A stretch of DNA of 54,166 nt from Caldisphaera sp. (lineage in GTDB: Archaea; Thermoproteota; Thermoprotei_A; Sulfolobales; Acidilobaceae), in contig JBMFKU010000009.1 of the NCBI GenBank assembly GCA_049971805.1, positions 1 to 54,166 of the forward strand. The letters are read 5' to 3'. A program made the position numbers and the translations under genes. Positions 20,095 to 31,009 of this stretch are shown one piece after another. Under the pieces are notes generated by a model. That model saw nothing but the letters and a program-made list of their open reading frames with translations, ran no database searches and was not told the DNA's origin. How positions within the stretch are numbered: position 1 is the first letter of the stretch; every line of letters starts with the position of its first letter.

Positions 20095-21102
20095 TTAAAC
20101 TAAATTTGCCTTTTCTAATGATTTTTTATATTCTCCTGTTATTGATGTATCTGTTGTGTCTACCCCTTTCATTTTTGCAAGGTATACCGAAACATAACCT
20201 GCTAATAGAGAGCCTTGCATTAGCTTTGAAAATAGATTATTGCCTCTTGGAGATATTTTAACCAAAGTTTTATTTTGCCTAATATATATTTCATTTAAAA
20301 GATTTGTCAGGATAGAGCATAGTTTTCCTTCAGATTCAAACAATATATAACCTATTTTAAGATTTTGATTTTTCTGCCAAACTACTATATCATTATGCGC
20401 GCTTTCTGGATATGCTTCAGTTTTTGCTATGGCCTTTGTGTTTTCACTAAATTCTTGTCTCCATCTATTGGCTAAAATTTCATAATCTCCACAACCTGAA
20501 ATTATATACAGATCATCATTTGCTAAGCTGTTTGCAATATTTAAGCCCTCACCTCTTGATGTTTCCTTAATTACATTTATGCTATCTTCTAAATCATTAT
20601 CGCTTATTAGATTAATTCCCTGTGCCCTTAAGGCTCCTAAAGTGGTCGAAACCAGTTCTGCCATAGCTGTTCTTGGATAATAGTTCTTTTCTATTAACGC
20701 TATAGGAGAACCCCTTTCAGTTACAAGCTTTTCTAGTTTTCCCCCACTTGTTATGGCTATTACTTTAGCATTTAAATTGTAGGCCTCTCTAACACATGAT
20801 AGTGTTTCGTGCGTATTTCCAGAATAGCTTACCCCTATTACCAAATAATTTTTATTAACCCAGCTTGGTAACGATTCCTCTTTAATGACTTCAACTGGAA
20901 CATTAATTCTTGAGTTTAATGCTAATGCTTTGATGTAATCTCCTGTTACTCCACTACCCCCCATACCGCATAAAACAATACCATCAAATTTATTTCCTAA
21001 AGACTTTATAGAAGATCCTTTTTCAAAGCCATACTTGATCTGGTGTGGAAAGGTATCGTAAAGTGAAAGCATATTTTCTGTTATGCTATTAAGATTTGTC
21101 AT
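20095..21102 (-). CDS. pgi/pmi: Bifunctional phosphoglucose/phosphomannose isomerase
   Basis: CGMGGSG, VSYSGNTHET, ITSGGKL, PR, ENTK, PESAHN motifs. Start placed at the ATG after GGGTGA. Confidence 0.92.
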   Translation of the reverse strand: MTNLNSITENMLSLYDTFPHQIKYGFEKGSSIKSLGNKFDGIVLCGMGGSGVTGDYIKALALNSRINVPVEVIKEESLPSWVNKNYLVIGVSYSGNTHETLSCVREAYNLNAKVIAITSGGKLEKLVTERGSPIALIEKNYYPRTAMAELVSTTLGALRAQGINLISDNDLEDSINVIKETSRGEGLNIANSLANDDLYIISGCGDYEILANRWRQEFSENTKAIAKTEAYPESAHNDIVVWQKNQNLKIGYILFESEGKLCSILTNLLNEIYIRQNKTLVKISPRGNNLFSKLMQGSLLAGYVSVYLAKMKGVDTTDTSITGEYKKSLEKANLV

Positions 21103-21242
21103 ATTATCACCCACTAAATGTTAAAATCCTCTCTTAATGTTGGTGTAGTATAATTATAAATTTTTATGAAGACCAAAACAGTTTAAAAGAGAAAATAATA
21201 TGCTTTTTTATAAATAAAAATGCTTATGCTCTAAAGGGATAA

Positions 21243-21587
21243 TTATGGCATATTCTGCTTTTTTCTTTTACTTCCTCTTTTTCTTCCTTTAGTAGCTTGT
21301 TGCCATGTTTGTTGTATTTCTTCTTGTTTTTTGCTTTCTTGCTTATAGGTAAGTACATTTAATGCCTCTTTAACATTATCAATACCCTCTAGTTTTTTTG
21401 CTATCTCTTCTTCCCCTAAATATTTTAACCAATTAACGATGTGCCCTTCTTTTAAGTGATAGTTAACTGCCGAGGGATCTAAATTTGACAGTCTTTCCAT
21501 TTCATTTTTTAGCTCATTTAGATTGTGAGCTATCCCAATTACTTTATCAAAACTTTTAAATAAAAACGGTTCTTTCTCATTTTGCAA
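21243..21587 (-). CDS. Hypothetical protein (DUF5752-like helical domain with basic tail)
   Basis: PF.F...A.NL.EL...YHL..GHI.NWL pattern; TTG start with a GAGG element upstream; Lys/Arg-rich C-terminus. Confidence 0.65.
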   Translation of the reverse strand: MQNEKEPFLFKSFDKVIGIAHNLNELKNEMERLSNLDPSAVNYHLKEGHIVNWLKYLGEEEIAKKLEGIDNVKEALNVLTYKQESKKQEEIQQTWQQATKGRKRGSKRKKQNMP

Positions 21588-21775
21588 TTCACTCGCGCCT
21601 CTTGCTATCTATGTTTTTAAGGACTAATATTTTTAACTATTATTATACAATTATTAATACAAAATTTAAATAAGCTGTAGAGTTTTGAATTAATTTTATA
21701 GTGCAGAAGTAGAATAAATATAAATATGTAGCAAAACAACTAATTATTGCTAATAGCAAGCTCGGTGAATAGCTA

Positions 21776-22597
21776 ATGAGAAATTCAATATTGATAACAA
21801 ATGATGATGGTATAGATAGCATAGGACTTAAGTTTCTAGCAGAAGAACTTAACAAAATAGGATTTAATATTTATGTTGTCGCTCCAAAAAATCAAGTCAG
21901 CGGTTCAGGAAAATCTCACTCTTTTGAGGTTAGGGTAGAGAAAAGGGATTTACAAAATGCTAAAAAGTCATGGGCGATTGATGGTAAACCAGCTGATGCG
22001 ATTGCAATAGCTATAAGGCATTTACTAAAAGATGTTGATATAAAATTGGTTGTTTCAGGTATAAATATAGGTCCAAATATGGGGTTAATGGATTTCTTTA
22101 CAAGTGGTACAATAGGAGGAGCATTGGAAGGAGTATTGTTCGGCTATAAGTCATTTGCTGTTAGTTTTGCTATATTAAGAGGTATAAAAAATAAAGAGCA
22201 AGAAGATCTGTTGAAGGAGTCAGCTAAATTAACATCTATTATAATAAAAGATACTTTTGATATAATTATGGAAGACCCTAAGCTAGATTTAATTAATATA
22301 AATTTTCCTCCAACAAGGCCCATAGGTATAAAAATTGCAAAGATATCATGGCAAACTAATTTGGATGTTTATGTAGATTCTAATGAAAACATTTTTCATG
22401 TTATGGGATGGAGCACTGACGACCTTAACAGTGCATATAATGGAGGAGATATAAATAGTGATGTATTTTTTGTTAAAAAAGGATATGTAGCATTAACTCC
22501 AATGTGTATTAAATGCCTTCCCGACTCATTAACTTATTATGAATCCTATGAAAAAATAAACAATGCCTTAGCCAAATCAAACATAATATCTGTTTAA
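21776..22597 (+). CDS. surE: 5'/3'-nucleotidase SurE
   Basis: ILITNDDG, VAP...SG.G, DG.PAD, VVSGIN.GPN, SGTIGGA motifs. Confidence 0.95.
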   Translation: MRNSILITNDDGIDSIGLKFLAEELNKIGFNIYVVAPKNQVSGSGKSHSFEVRVEKRDLQNAKKSWAIDGKPADAIAIAIRHLLKDVDIKLVVSGINIGPNMGLMDFFTSGTIGGALEGVLFGYKSFAVSFAILRGIKNKEQEDLLKESAKLTSIIIKDTFDIIMEDPKLDLININFPPTRPIGIKIAKISWQTNLDVYVDSNENIFHVMGWSTDDLNSAYNGGDINSDVFFVKKGYVALTPMCIKCLPDSLTYYESYEKINNALAKSNIISV

Positions 22598-22818
22598 AAT
22601 AAATAGTAAAAATTAAAATTCAGATGTTATTTCTTATATTTATTGCTCTGTTATAAAAAAATTTTCAAACGCAATAGTTTCTTACTATTTGTTTTTACTG
22701 AGATATATAATTAAAATTTTTAAATATTTATGATAAAAATTGAATAATCAAGCTAAAAGGTTAATTTTTAAAGCTAGCTAGTTCTAATCTAAATATAGAA
22801 TATTGGCGGTGAAAGTAA

Positions 22819-23220
22819 ATGAGTGTGCAATTCGCAACACTTGGAGATCTGAAAAAAGGAAGCTATGTAATAATAGATGATGAACCATGCAGAATAGTTG
22901 AAATAACTAAGGCAAAAACGGGAAAACATGGAAGTGCTAAGGCTCATGTAGTAGCTGTTAGTTTATTTACTGGGCAAAAGAAAACATTGATTGCTCCATC
23001 AGATACTCAGGTTCAGGTTCCAATTATAGAAAAGAAGAACGGTCAAGTTTTAGCTGATTTGGGAAGCAATTTACAAATTATGGATATGGAAACATACGAT
23101 ACAATAGAGGTAGAGAAGCCCACAGATGAGCCAGAATTGCTAGATAAACTTAAACCAGGAGTTGAAGTTGAATATTGGGTGATAATGGGTAAAGCTAAAA
23201 TCGTTAGGACTAGAAGCTAA
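22819..23220 (+). CDS. eif5a: Translation factor aIF-5A
   Basis: Hypusine loop KTGKHGSAK; [10 protein letters not shown]. Confidence 0.97.
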   Translation: MSVQFATLGDLKKGSYVIIDDEPCRIVEITKAKTGKHGSAKAHVVAVSLFTGQKKTLIAPSDTQVQVPIIEKKNGQVLADLGSNLQIMDMETYDTIEVEKPTDEPELLDKLKPGVEVEYWVIMGKAKIVRTRS

Positions 23221-23329
23221 TTATAAAAGTATTTTTACAGTTCATATTGGTCTTATTTATTAATTTTCTCTTTGGATTTTAAGGTTGTACTTTTCACTAT
23301 TTGTAATCTTAATAAATAAATGAAATTGT

Positions 23330-24109
23330 TTATAGAGGTCTTATAAAAAATTTTATTTTTGCTTTATGATAATCTCTTATTATAGTTTTTGCAGCTTCAT
23401 CGATATTAGGTTCTTTTGTTTTCTTGTAGATCCATGATCTTTTTAATGCAAGCTTTTCTAAAATCTTATATGGGTCTGTTTCGTTTATATTATAGGCCTC
23501 TAAAAATGCATCTTGATTAAATTTAAGGATTTTTTCTATTAGTGCTATTGCTGGCTTTACAGGATCATTAATTTCATCAACTTCTCTTCCTCTAATTATA
23601 GATTCAGGATATCCACCTTCTATTGGAAAAACTCCTGGAGAGTCTAATATATAAATTCCATTGCTTATTTTATAGATAGTAAATGACTTAGTATATCCAG
23701 GGCTTCCTGGTATAGGACTTGTTGGAGCACTTTTCTTCCCTTTTAAAGAATTTATAATGCTCGATTTTCCTGTTTTTGGATAACCAATTAATGATACAAC
23801 TATTGGTTTCTTATAAGATAAATTTTCAATTAAATTCAATAAAATTCTCTTATCCTTTTTCCTCCATATGGAATAATAAATAGCATTTAATCCATAAGAT
23901 TTAAACTTCTCGACCCATTGCTCGGCTATTTCATAAGGGACTAGATCTGCCTTGTTTAATACTAAAATTAGTTTTTTGTCAAAAGTTTTTGCAAATTCTT
24001 CAACCCTTTTAGCTCTCGTGCTAATAGGATCTCTTATGTCCGTTACTTCAATTACTATGTCGGATCTCTTAATAGTCCTAGCGATTTCCCTCCATGTAGC
24101 TAATAGCAT
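23330..24109 (-). CDS. Circularly permuted ribosome-biogenesis GTPase (RbgA/YlqF family)
   Basis: G4 NKAD precedes G1 GYPKTGKSS, G2 PGYT and G3 DSPG. Confidence 0.92.
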   Translation of the reverse strand: MLLATWREIARTIKRSDIVIEVTDIRDPISTRAKRVEEFAKTFDKKLILVLNKADLVPYEIAEQWVEKFKSYGLNAIYYSIWRKKDKRILLNLIENLSYKKPIVVSLIGYPKTGKSSIINSLKGKKSAPTSPIPGSPGYTKSFTIYKISNGIYILDSPGVFPIEGGYPESIIRGREVDEINDPVKPAIALIEKILKFNQDAFLEAYNINETDPYKILEKLALKRSWIYKKTKEPNIDEAAKTIIRDYHKAKIKFFIRPL

Positions 24110-24308
24110 TTTTCTCTCCCGTTTTTTATTTGGGTTTTATTAATTAAATTATAATTCTACATTTTTCTAAAAATATTTGTAAGGAAAAATACTATTAAGC
24201 TTTTATAACTAAATTTTTATCATTTCTCTAATTTACAATTCGATATGAATATATAAGCTTTGCGTAACATTTATACGAGGGAAACATTTAAAAGGTCTGG
24301 TGATATGA

Positions 24309-25247
24309 ATGTCAGAATCCGAAGGTTCTAAGAAAAAATCCAATAAGGTAGAATGCCCTCCAGATAAGATAATTTATGATGCCAATATGGGAGCTAGAAT
24401 TTGTTTAGAAACAGGTGAAGTTATAGAAGAGCAGGTTATTGGTGATGAAGCTGAATGGCGTGCATATACACCGGATGAAAAAGCCAGAAGAACAAGAGTT
24501 GGAGGTCCTATTTCTTTATCGAAACCAAATATGGGTATTGATGTATATATTGGCAGTTTTCATGAAGGTAGTGGGAAGAAGATTAGGGGTTTATCTAGGA
24601 GAATAGATATGCTTAGATTGCAAAGAAGTTTTAGGATGGGTAGAACATTAAGTAGCTTAGAGAAAAATATTAATCAGGCATTAAAAATATTGGATGAATT
24701 GTCTACACATATGGAGTTATCAAATAAAGTTAGAGAAGAGGCCTCGAAGATGTATAGGGATGCAACTCAAAAAGGTTTAACAAGAGGGCGTAGCATTGAA
24801 AGTGTTGTTGCAGCAACATTATATGCTGCATGCCGTAAATTAAGAATGCCGTGTACAATAGATGAAATAGCAAAACATTTATCTATAAAGGATAATGATG
24901 TTAAAAGAGAAATTGCTAGATGCTATAGGTTATTAGTTAGAGATTTGGAAGTCGATATACCAGTAATTGAACCTGAACTTTTTGTTAATAGAATTGTAAG
25001 TGCATTAGGATTACCTGATTATGTTGCTGTTGAGGCAATAAAAATACTCAGAGATGCAAGAAATAAAGGAACAACAGCTGGTAAGGATCCTAGCGGTCTG
25101 GCCGCAGCTGCTGTTTACTTAGCAGCTTTAAAGCATGGACTAAGAAGGACTCAAAAGGAAGTAGCTCATGTCGCTGGGGTTACTGAGGTAACTGTAAGAA
25201 ATAGGTATAAAGAAATTGCTGGAGAGGCCGCTTCAAAGTTCTCTTAA
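24309..25247 (+). CDS. tfb: Transcription initiation factor IIB (TFB)
   Basis: EWRAY B-reader; two cyclin repeats (RGRSIESVVAA.LYAACR; GKDPSGLAAAAVY); TQKEVA..AGVTEVTVRNRYKE. Confidence 0.97.
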   Translation: MSESEGSKKKSNKVECPPDKIIYDANMGARICLETGEVIEEQVIGDEAEWRAYTPDEKARRTRVGGPISLSKPNMGIDVYIGSFHEGSGKKIRGLSRRIDMLRLQRSFRMGRTLSSLEKNINQALKILDELSTHMELSNKVREEASKMYRDATQKGLTRGRSIESVVAATLYAACRKLRMPCTIDEIAKHLSIKDNDVKREIARCYRLLVRDLEVDIPVIEPELFVNRIVSALGLPDYVAVEAIKILRDARNKGTTAGKDPSGLAAAAVYLAALKHGLRRTQKEVAHVAGVTEVTVRNRYKEIAGEAASKFS

Positions 25248-25250
25248 ATC

Positions 25251-27086
25251 TTAGCTTAATTTAATTATTTTTTCTAGTGTTGGTATTGTAAATTCCAAGT
25301 TTAATTTTTTTAACGTTTCTTTTTTTGGTACCCCATTTTTATCCCAGCCCCTTATATCGTAATAGTAATCTAAAAGCTGGTTAAACGATTCATAGCTCAA
25401 CCTACCTCCTGCTAATGGACCTTTTGTTAATGGTTTTTTAAACCATTTTTCGGGAGGTATATCCATTTCTCTCTTCCATTCATTGAATTCTCTGATCCAA
25501 AATGCTCTTATTAAAGCATATATTCTGTCTGCAATTGTGTATATGTCATCCCATGTATATTTTATTCCTGTTGCATATTGTAATAACAATGGATAATGCT
25601 CAAGGCTTAGGCCTATTTCAACCCATGGTAATCTGCAAGTTGTTATACTTTCAAACATACCCCCCCTAATTCTTTGCATTTCTATAACTTTTGCAGCCTT
25701 TTCTTTTGAATACGAGAATCTATCATTTTGTACTTCCCAGCTAATTACCCATGCATCTTTATGGTGTGCTCCAATAGGGCTTGTTGAAAACGCTAATGCC
25801 ATGCCAGGAGCTGTATGGCAATCATAAGCACTTACTTCTAAGCCTTTAGAATTAATTGCAAAATCACAACCACCGATTTTTTTGCAAGCACCCTTTGTTC
25901 CATTTGCTAGTAAATCTCCAAGCTTGGTTTTTCTAAATGCAATTTCATTTATAAGATCTTGATAAGTTTTGAAGTCCCCCCATTCTATTTTTCTATCATC
26001 GATCCCGCTTAATAAACCTCTTTGGCTTGCTTCGGTGGCCCATCCTAGAATGCTACCTAAGCTAATTGCATCAATCCCCAATTGATCTGCAAGCCTATTT
26101 AGTGTTCCCACTTCCTTTAGTTTAGCCATTCCAATATTGCTTCCTAACATAGCAACATTCTCATAGTCTAGTTCACTTTTATATCCTTCTGAATCTACTA
26201 TTACGTTTCCACACAACATATTGCAATTAGGGCATCCTCTTTGTTCTACTTTAATGGACTCCATTGTATATCCATCTATTCCTTTAAAATCATCAAAGAT
26301 CCCTTCACTAAAATTAAAAGTAGGCAAAACGCTTTCTTCTTGGGCCCAATCTATTGTTGCCATTGTACCTTCTCTCATCCAAAAATTATATCCAGGTCTT
26401 TCTCTAACTTCTTTTAATGCTTTAGCTCCTTCTATCTTTAATAGTTTATCATCATATAGATCAATACTCTTTGTTCCTTTTATAACTACGGCCTTTATTT
26501 TCTTAGAGCCCATTACTGCACCTATACCAGGTCTTCCTCCACTTCTACCTTCTTGGCTCATAATTGTTGCAAATCTTACTAAATTCTCCCCTCCATTACC
26601 AACCTCTACTATGCCTCCAAATCTACCGAATCTTTTCCTTAGTTTAGCCTCAGTATCCCACGAGTTTAAACCCCACAGATCTTCTGCGCTTTCAAAAGAA
26701 ACCTTATCGTTTTCTATATTTAGTAAAATAGGTCTTTCTGATCTGCCTTGAAACACTATTGCATCGAATCCTGATTTTCTCATTTCTACAGAAAACATTG
26801 TTCCAATATTTCCATCTCCATAGCCTCCAGTTAATGGACTTTTCGATGCTACTTGCAACTTACCGCTGCTGGGTATAGGTAATCCAGTTAATGGACCTAT
26901 CGCAAATATTAATAGATTTTCAGGTGAAAAAGGATCTACTCCTTGCGGATTGTATTCCCACAGTATTCTAACAGCTAAACCTCTTCCACCTAGGTATTCT
27001 TGAGCCCACTCTTTTGGGTATTCAAAACTTTTTGTTTCTTTTCTATTTAAGTCTATCCATAGTATTTTACCATTCCAGCCTTTCAT
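25251..27086 (-). CDS. aor: Tungsten-dependent aldehyde:ferredoxin oxidoreductase family protein
   Basis: YLGGRGLA, KSPLTGG, GR.G.GAVMGSKK.KA, CPNCNMLC Fe-S motif, DQLGID.IS, YY..RGWD..G.P. Confidence 0.93.
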   Translation of the reverse strand: MKGWNGKILWIDLNRKETKSFEYPKEWAQEYLGGRGLAVRILWEYNPQGVDPFSPENLLIFAIGPLTGLPIPSSGKLQVASKSPLTGGYGDGNIGTMFSVEMRKSGFDAIVFQGRSERPILLNIENDKVSFESAEDLWGLNSWDTEAKLRKRFGRFGGIVEVGNGGENLVRFATIMSQEGRSGGRPGIGAVMGSKKIKAVVIKGTKSIDLYDDKLLKIEGAKALKEVRERPGYNFWMREGTMATIDWAQEESVLPTFNFSEGIFDDFKGIDGYTMESIKVEQRGCPNCNMLCGNVIVDSEGYKSELDYENVAMLGSNIGMAKLKEVGTLNRLADQLGIDAISLGSILGWATEASQRGLLSGIDDRKIEWGDFKTYQDLINEIAFRKTKLGDLLANGTKGACKKIGGCDFAINSKGLEVSAYDCHTAPGMALAFSTSPIGAHHKDAWVISWEVQNDRFSYSKEKAAKVIEMQRIRGGMFESITTCRLPWVEIGLSLEHYPLLLQYATGIKYTWDDIYTIADRIYALIRAFWIREFNEWKREMDIPPEKWFKKPLTKGPLAGGRLSYESFNQLLDYYYDIRGWDKNGVPKKETLKKLNLEFTIPTLEKIIKLS

Positions 27087-27247
27087 TTTCTTACCCTTTA
27101 ACTTTATTTACTTTAAGGTATTTATTAATTAATATAGCTGTGAGATCTTTTTAAGGTATTTAGATTTTATTATAAATATTAAGGTTTTAAGGAAATATCT
27201 ACGCATAATAGGTTTAGATTCTAACTTGATTAGTTGAGGGTGTAAAT

Positions 27248-27682
27248 ATGTCTCAGTATAGACAAGATATAAATGATTTTTTAAAAAACTTAGATAGATG
27301 GATTACTATGCAACAAGCAGTTTTAGACTCATTTAAAGAAAGCTATCCTAAAGTTAGAGATTCTGATAGGCTTGATATAATAATTCACACAAGGATAGCA
27401 TTTAATCATATAATAAGAACCTTAAAAGCCTTCGATGATTGGTTGCAAGATCCATTTATTACTACAAATGCTCCGAAGGATCTGTTAATACAAGTGTGGG
27501 ATCAAACAATTAATGTGTTGCAAGAAATATTAAAGATGGATATAGGCCATACTACGCAGATGAGAAAGACGATAGACGAGCTTTCAAAGGAGGGCAGACT
27601 TAACCCAATAGTTGTAAGATTTAGAGATATAAATGAAGAAAGAAGGGAAGAAGGAAGGGGAGCAACAACTATATCTTTTTAA
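27248..27682 (+). CDS. Conserved crenarchaeal protein (DUF2153-like)
   Basis: DRLD.I...R.AF.H..RTLKAFDDWLQDP and D..HT patterns, recalled from this family. Confidence 0.75.
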   Translation: MSQYRQDINDFLKNLDRWITMQQAVLDSFKESYPKVRDSDRLDIIIHTRIAFNHIIRTLKAFDDWLQDPFITTNAPKDLLIQVWDQTINVLQEILKMDIGHTTQMRKTIDELSKEGRLNPIVVRFRDINEERREEGRGATTISF

Positions 27683-27719
27683 ATAAATTTTTTAATTTGT
27701 AGTTAAGGAGAAGTTTGAG

Positions 27720-28007
27720 GTGGTCGGTTTGTCTAAAGAAGCAGGAAAAAAGCCAGTTAAGCAAGCAAAGGCAAAAGAAGAGAAGAAACAAGTAAATGCA
27801 TTTGATTTAAGTCTGGAATTAATAAATAGAGTTAAGAAAGATTTACCAAAGATGAACTATGTAACCCCATATAAACTTACAAACTCATATAATATAGCTT
27901 TTTCAACTGCTAGAAGATTATTAAATGAATTAGAAAAGGAAGGTATATTAGTTTTATATTCATCAAGTAAAAGGAATCCCATTTATATATTTAAAGAAAA
28001 TAAATAA
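27720..28007 (+). CDS. rps25e: 30S ribosomal protein S25e
   Basis: Lys-rich N-terminus; YVTPY.L...YNI..S.ARRLL.EL...G winged helix; IY near the end. Confidence 0.85.
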   Translation: MVGLSKEAGKKPVKQAKAKEEKKQVNAFDLSLELINRVKKDLPKMNYVTPYKLTNSYNIAFSTARRLLNELEKEGILVLYSSSKRNPIYIFKENK

Positions 28008-28082
28008 TTTTTAATAATTTTAATATCTTTATAGCTTTATGCTTTTAAATCCAAATAAACTTTTTAATCATGGGGTGAAATA

Positions 28083-29369
28083 TTGCCAGACTTTATAATA
28101 ACAGGTGCTGGTATAGTGGGATTAGCTACTGCATATCATATAATCGAAAACAATAGTGGGTCCTCTATTTTAATAATAGATAAGGCTGATGGACCGGGTG
28201 CAGGAGATACATCTAAAAGTGCTGCTGCATTTAGAGCGGCTTTTACAAGTAAAATAAATATAATGCTATCTAAATCAAGCATCGATTTCTATTACGATTT
28301 GCAAGTAAATAAAAACATAGATCTTGGAATGAGAAAAATAGGTTATCTATTTGCTTTAGACAAAAAGGAGTTTAACAAAATAGAAATGGGGATAGAAGTT
28401 GCAGAAAAGATGGGGATAGAGTATAGAGAAATAGAAAATGATTTGCTTGAAAGGAATTTACATATGAGATCCAGTGTTTCAAGTTTTGAGGAGGCATCCT
28501 TAATAGATGCATCAGATATCTATAAATCCTATCTTTTCCAAAATGCAGGAGTTTTAGATCCAGAAAAAATTATAAACTATTATTATAACAAACTAAAAGA
28601 TTATGGTGTTGAATTTCATTTTGGTATAGGGATTAAAGATTTTTTAGTTGAGCCGAGTAGACCCCTTGGTATAGAAGGCGAACCCTTTCCATGGCAGGAA
28701 TCAAAAATAACAGGAGTGAAATTAAATAATGGTGATATAGTAAAGGCGAATAAAAAAGTAATAGTATCTTTAGGTGCATGGAGCAACTTATATCTAAACA
28801 AAATAGGTTTTGATACATATAGCAGGCCTAAAAAAAGACAGCTTTTTTCTATAAAGGCTAATAATCCGAATTTAAAAGATTTGTTATACGCTAAAGGCTT
28901 TAATAAAGACAACGTTATGCCTTTTACTATATTACCCAAGGGAGTATACATACGACCTAACCCTAGTGAAGGAACATTTTGGATTGGATTAAGCGATGAA
29001 TTGGGTAGACCTATTCAATTGGATGATAATCCTTCTTCAGAAGAGAATTTTTATACATATGGTATTTTACCAGTTGTTTCTTTATATTTTGACCAGTTAA
29101 AGGATCAATATCCATACTCATCATGGGCTGGCCATTATGATATAAGCTTTGATGGACAACCAATAATTTATGAGCCATTTAATAGCAACTTATTAATATC
29201 TGCAGGAACTAGTGGGAGCGGAATAATGAAGGGAGACGCAATAGGTAGAATTACAGCTTCTTTAGCCCTTGGAAAAGATATAACAATACTTTATGATAAT
29301 ACTGAATTTGACACCTCTTGGCTTGGTTTAGAAAATAGAAAAATAGAAAAGGAGTTGCTAATAATTTGA
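28083..29369 (+). CDS. FAD-dependent oxidoreductase, D-amino-acid oxidase/sarcosine oxidase/L-proline dehydrogenase family
   Basis: GAGIVG FAD motif, TSKSAAAFR, GAW, WAGHYD.S.DGQP, G.SGSGIMK motifs. TTG start after GGGGTGA. Confidence 0.9.
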   Translation: MPDFIITGAGIVGLATAYHIIENNSGSSILIIDKADGPGAGDTSKSAAAFRAAFTSKINIMLSKSSIDFYYDLQVNKNIDLGMRKIGYLFALDKKEFNKIEMGIEVAEKMGIEYREIENDLLERNLHMRSSVSSFEEASLIDASDIYKSYLFQNAGVLDPEKIINYYYNKLKDYGVEFHFGIGIKDFLVEPSRPLGIEGEPFPWQESKITGVKLNNGDIVKANKKVIVSLGAWSNLYLNKIGFDTYSRPKKRQLFSIKANNPNLKDLLYAKGFNKDNVMPFTILPKGVYIRPNPSEGTFWIGLSDELGRPIQLDDNPSSEENFYTYGILPVVSLYFDQLKDQYPYSSWAGHYDISFDGQPIIYEPFNSNLLISAGTSGSGIMKGDAIGRITASLALGKDITILYDNTEFDTSWLGLENRKIEKELLII

Positions 29370-30733
29370 GCAATTGTAAGACAAAAATATTGCTTGTCTC
29401 TACAATTCATAAAGATGAAATAATAAATTTATTATCTAATTTAAATAAATTGAATTTTTGTTTTGATGCTATAGAAATTAAAAATTTATATTATTTAAGT
29501 AAAGATGAAATAATAAAAAACTTACCAAAAAATTGGGAATCTTATGATGTAATAATAGTTCCAGGTAATTTGATATGGGACTTTTCCGATTACGGAGGAA
29601 AGATTGTTAAAGGAACTGAAAGTCATTATTGTTTAGCCAAATTTTTGTTTTATTTGGATCCAAAAAAATTTAGCCCAAAGAACCCTGTAGAAAAAGAGTT
29701 TAAAGATATAAATGAAGAAATAAATAATAAGATATTATTGGAAGTAAATGAACAAAATAATTTTATTTATAAAATAAAAAACTTGAGAATACCTTTAAGA
29801 CCTCCACCTATGATAATATTTTCTGAAGTTTTTTTAAACAATCAATATGATTATAAATCGATTTTAGATTTAGCAAAAAATTATGTTGATGATGGTTCAA
29901 GTGCAATTGTTATCGGATATATTCCAGGCATGGAATTAGGTTATTTAAAAAATTTAATAAACTTGCTAAAAAATGAATTAAATGTACCAATTGGACTAGA
30001 TGCTCCACCTATTATTTTAGAAAAGTTCAGCAAGGATATAGATATAATAATGAGCTTTACTTTAGAAGAATATTTAGAAAAGAAAGAACTAATAAAGGAT
30101 AAAGCAAGTGTTGTTGTAATTAACGAAATAAATAGTGATATTGTTAAAAAAATTAATACTTTGATAAAAAATGGGGCTAAAATTATTTTGGATCCTTTGG
30201 GGATGCCTCCAATATATCCTGGTTTTTTAAATAGCTTAATTAAAGCTAGAGATTTAGCAAATAAAATAAATGCACCAATTATGATAGGCTTAAATAATGT
30301 GGAAGAGCTATCAGATGTAGACTCTATAGGTTTAAATGGGCTTGCAACGTTTTTGTCCTATGAGGCAGGGATTAGTATTATATTAACTGGGGAAGTTAGT
30401 GTAAAAGCTAGAGGAAGCGTATATGAAATTAAAAAAGCAATAGATATGGCTTCGATTTCAGCAAAGCTAAAAAAGCCTCCAAAGGATTTAAGTGTAAACC
30501 TATTATATTCTAAGGAAAAAGATTGGTTCAACAATAATAAATTTAAAATATATGGAAAAAGAAATGTAATAAAGATAGAATTTAAAGGTTTGTCATATGA
30601 AATCAATTGCAAAGAAAGATGCCCAATAGGCTTTTTATTTGATATGAAAGATGTAAATATTAAAGAGATAGTTAAAATAAGCAATTTAATTTATAGATAT
30701 TGTTTACCTTGGTCAAATAATTGGCAATGTTAA
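29366..30733 (+). CDS. Dihydropteroate synthase-like (pterin-binding) protein, divergent
   Basis: IP.RPPPM.I.SEV, ILDP, G..NV.EL.DVDS.G.N..A....EAG.SIILT.E.S.KARGS..E, PKDL...LL..KEK. These match the archaeal DHPS-related family. Confidence 0.78.
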   Translation: MSNCKTKILLVSTIHKDEIINLLSNLNKLNFCFDAIEIKNLYYLSKDEIIKNLPKNWESYDVIIVPGNLIWDFSDYGGKIVKGTESHYCLAKFLFYLDPKKFSPKNPVEKEFKDINEEINNKILLEVNEQNNFIYKIKNLRIPLRPPPMIIFSEVFLNNQYDYKSILDLAKNYVDDGSSAIVIGYIPGMELGYLKNLINLLKNELNVPIGLDAPPIILEKFSKDIDIIMSFTLEEYLEKKELIKDKASVVVINEINSDIVKKINTLIKNGAKIILDPLGMPPIYPGFLNSLIKARDLANKINAPIMIGLNNVEELSDVDSIGLNGLATFLSYEAGISIILTGEVSVKARGSVYEIKKAIDMASISAKLKKPPKDLSVNLLYSKEKDWFNNNKFKIYGKRNVIKIEFKGLSYEINCKERCPIGFLFDMKDVNIKEIVKISNLIYRYCLPWSNNWQC

Positions 30734-31009
30734 CAATTAAAAATAGGTAGCTTTATTATAAGAGAAGAAAATCTGAGCTTTTAGTCATGAAGCAAGGCTA
30801 ACAAAAAAGACTAATAAACAAAAGTCTTGTAAATTATATAATAAAGTGATAAAGTAAAGATAAATTCTTAGTAAGGGCAAATTAGAAAATTAAACTTCAA
30901 GTATTTGTTCTAATGAGTACTAGACCTTTTTTATATTTTTTATTATTAAACAAAATTTAATTAAATAGATTGGAGAACAAATAGCTTAAAGACAAACCCT
31001 TCAAAAAGA

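Noticed and set aside
30734-31009. Intergenic gap of about 275 nt between convergent genes
   Set aside because: A-rich with no ORF, repeat or recognisable RNA motif; consistent with a terminator region.
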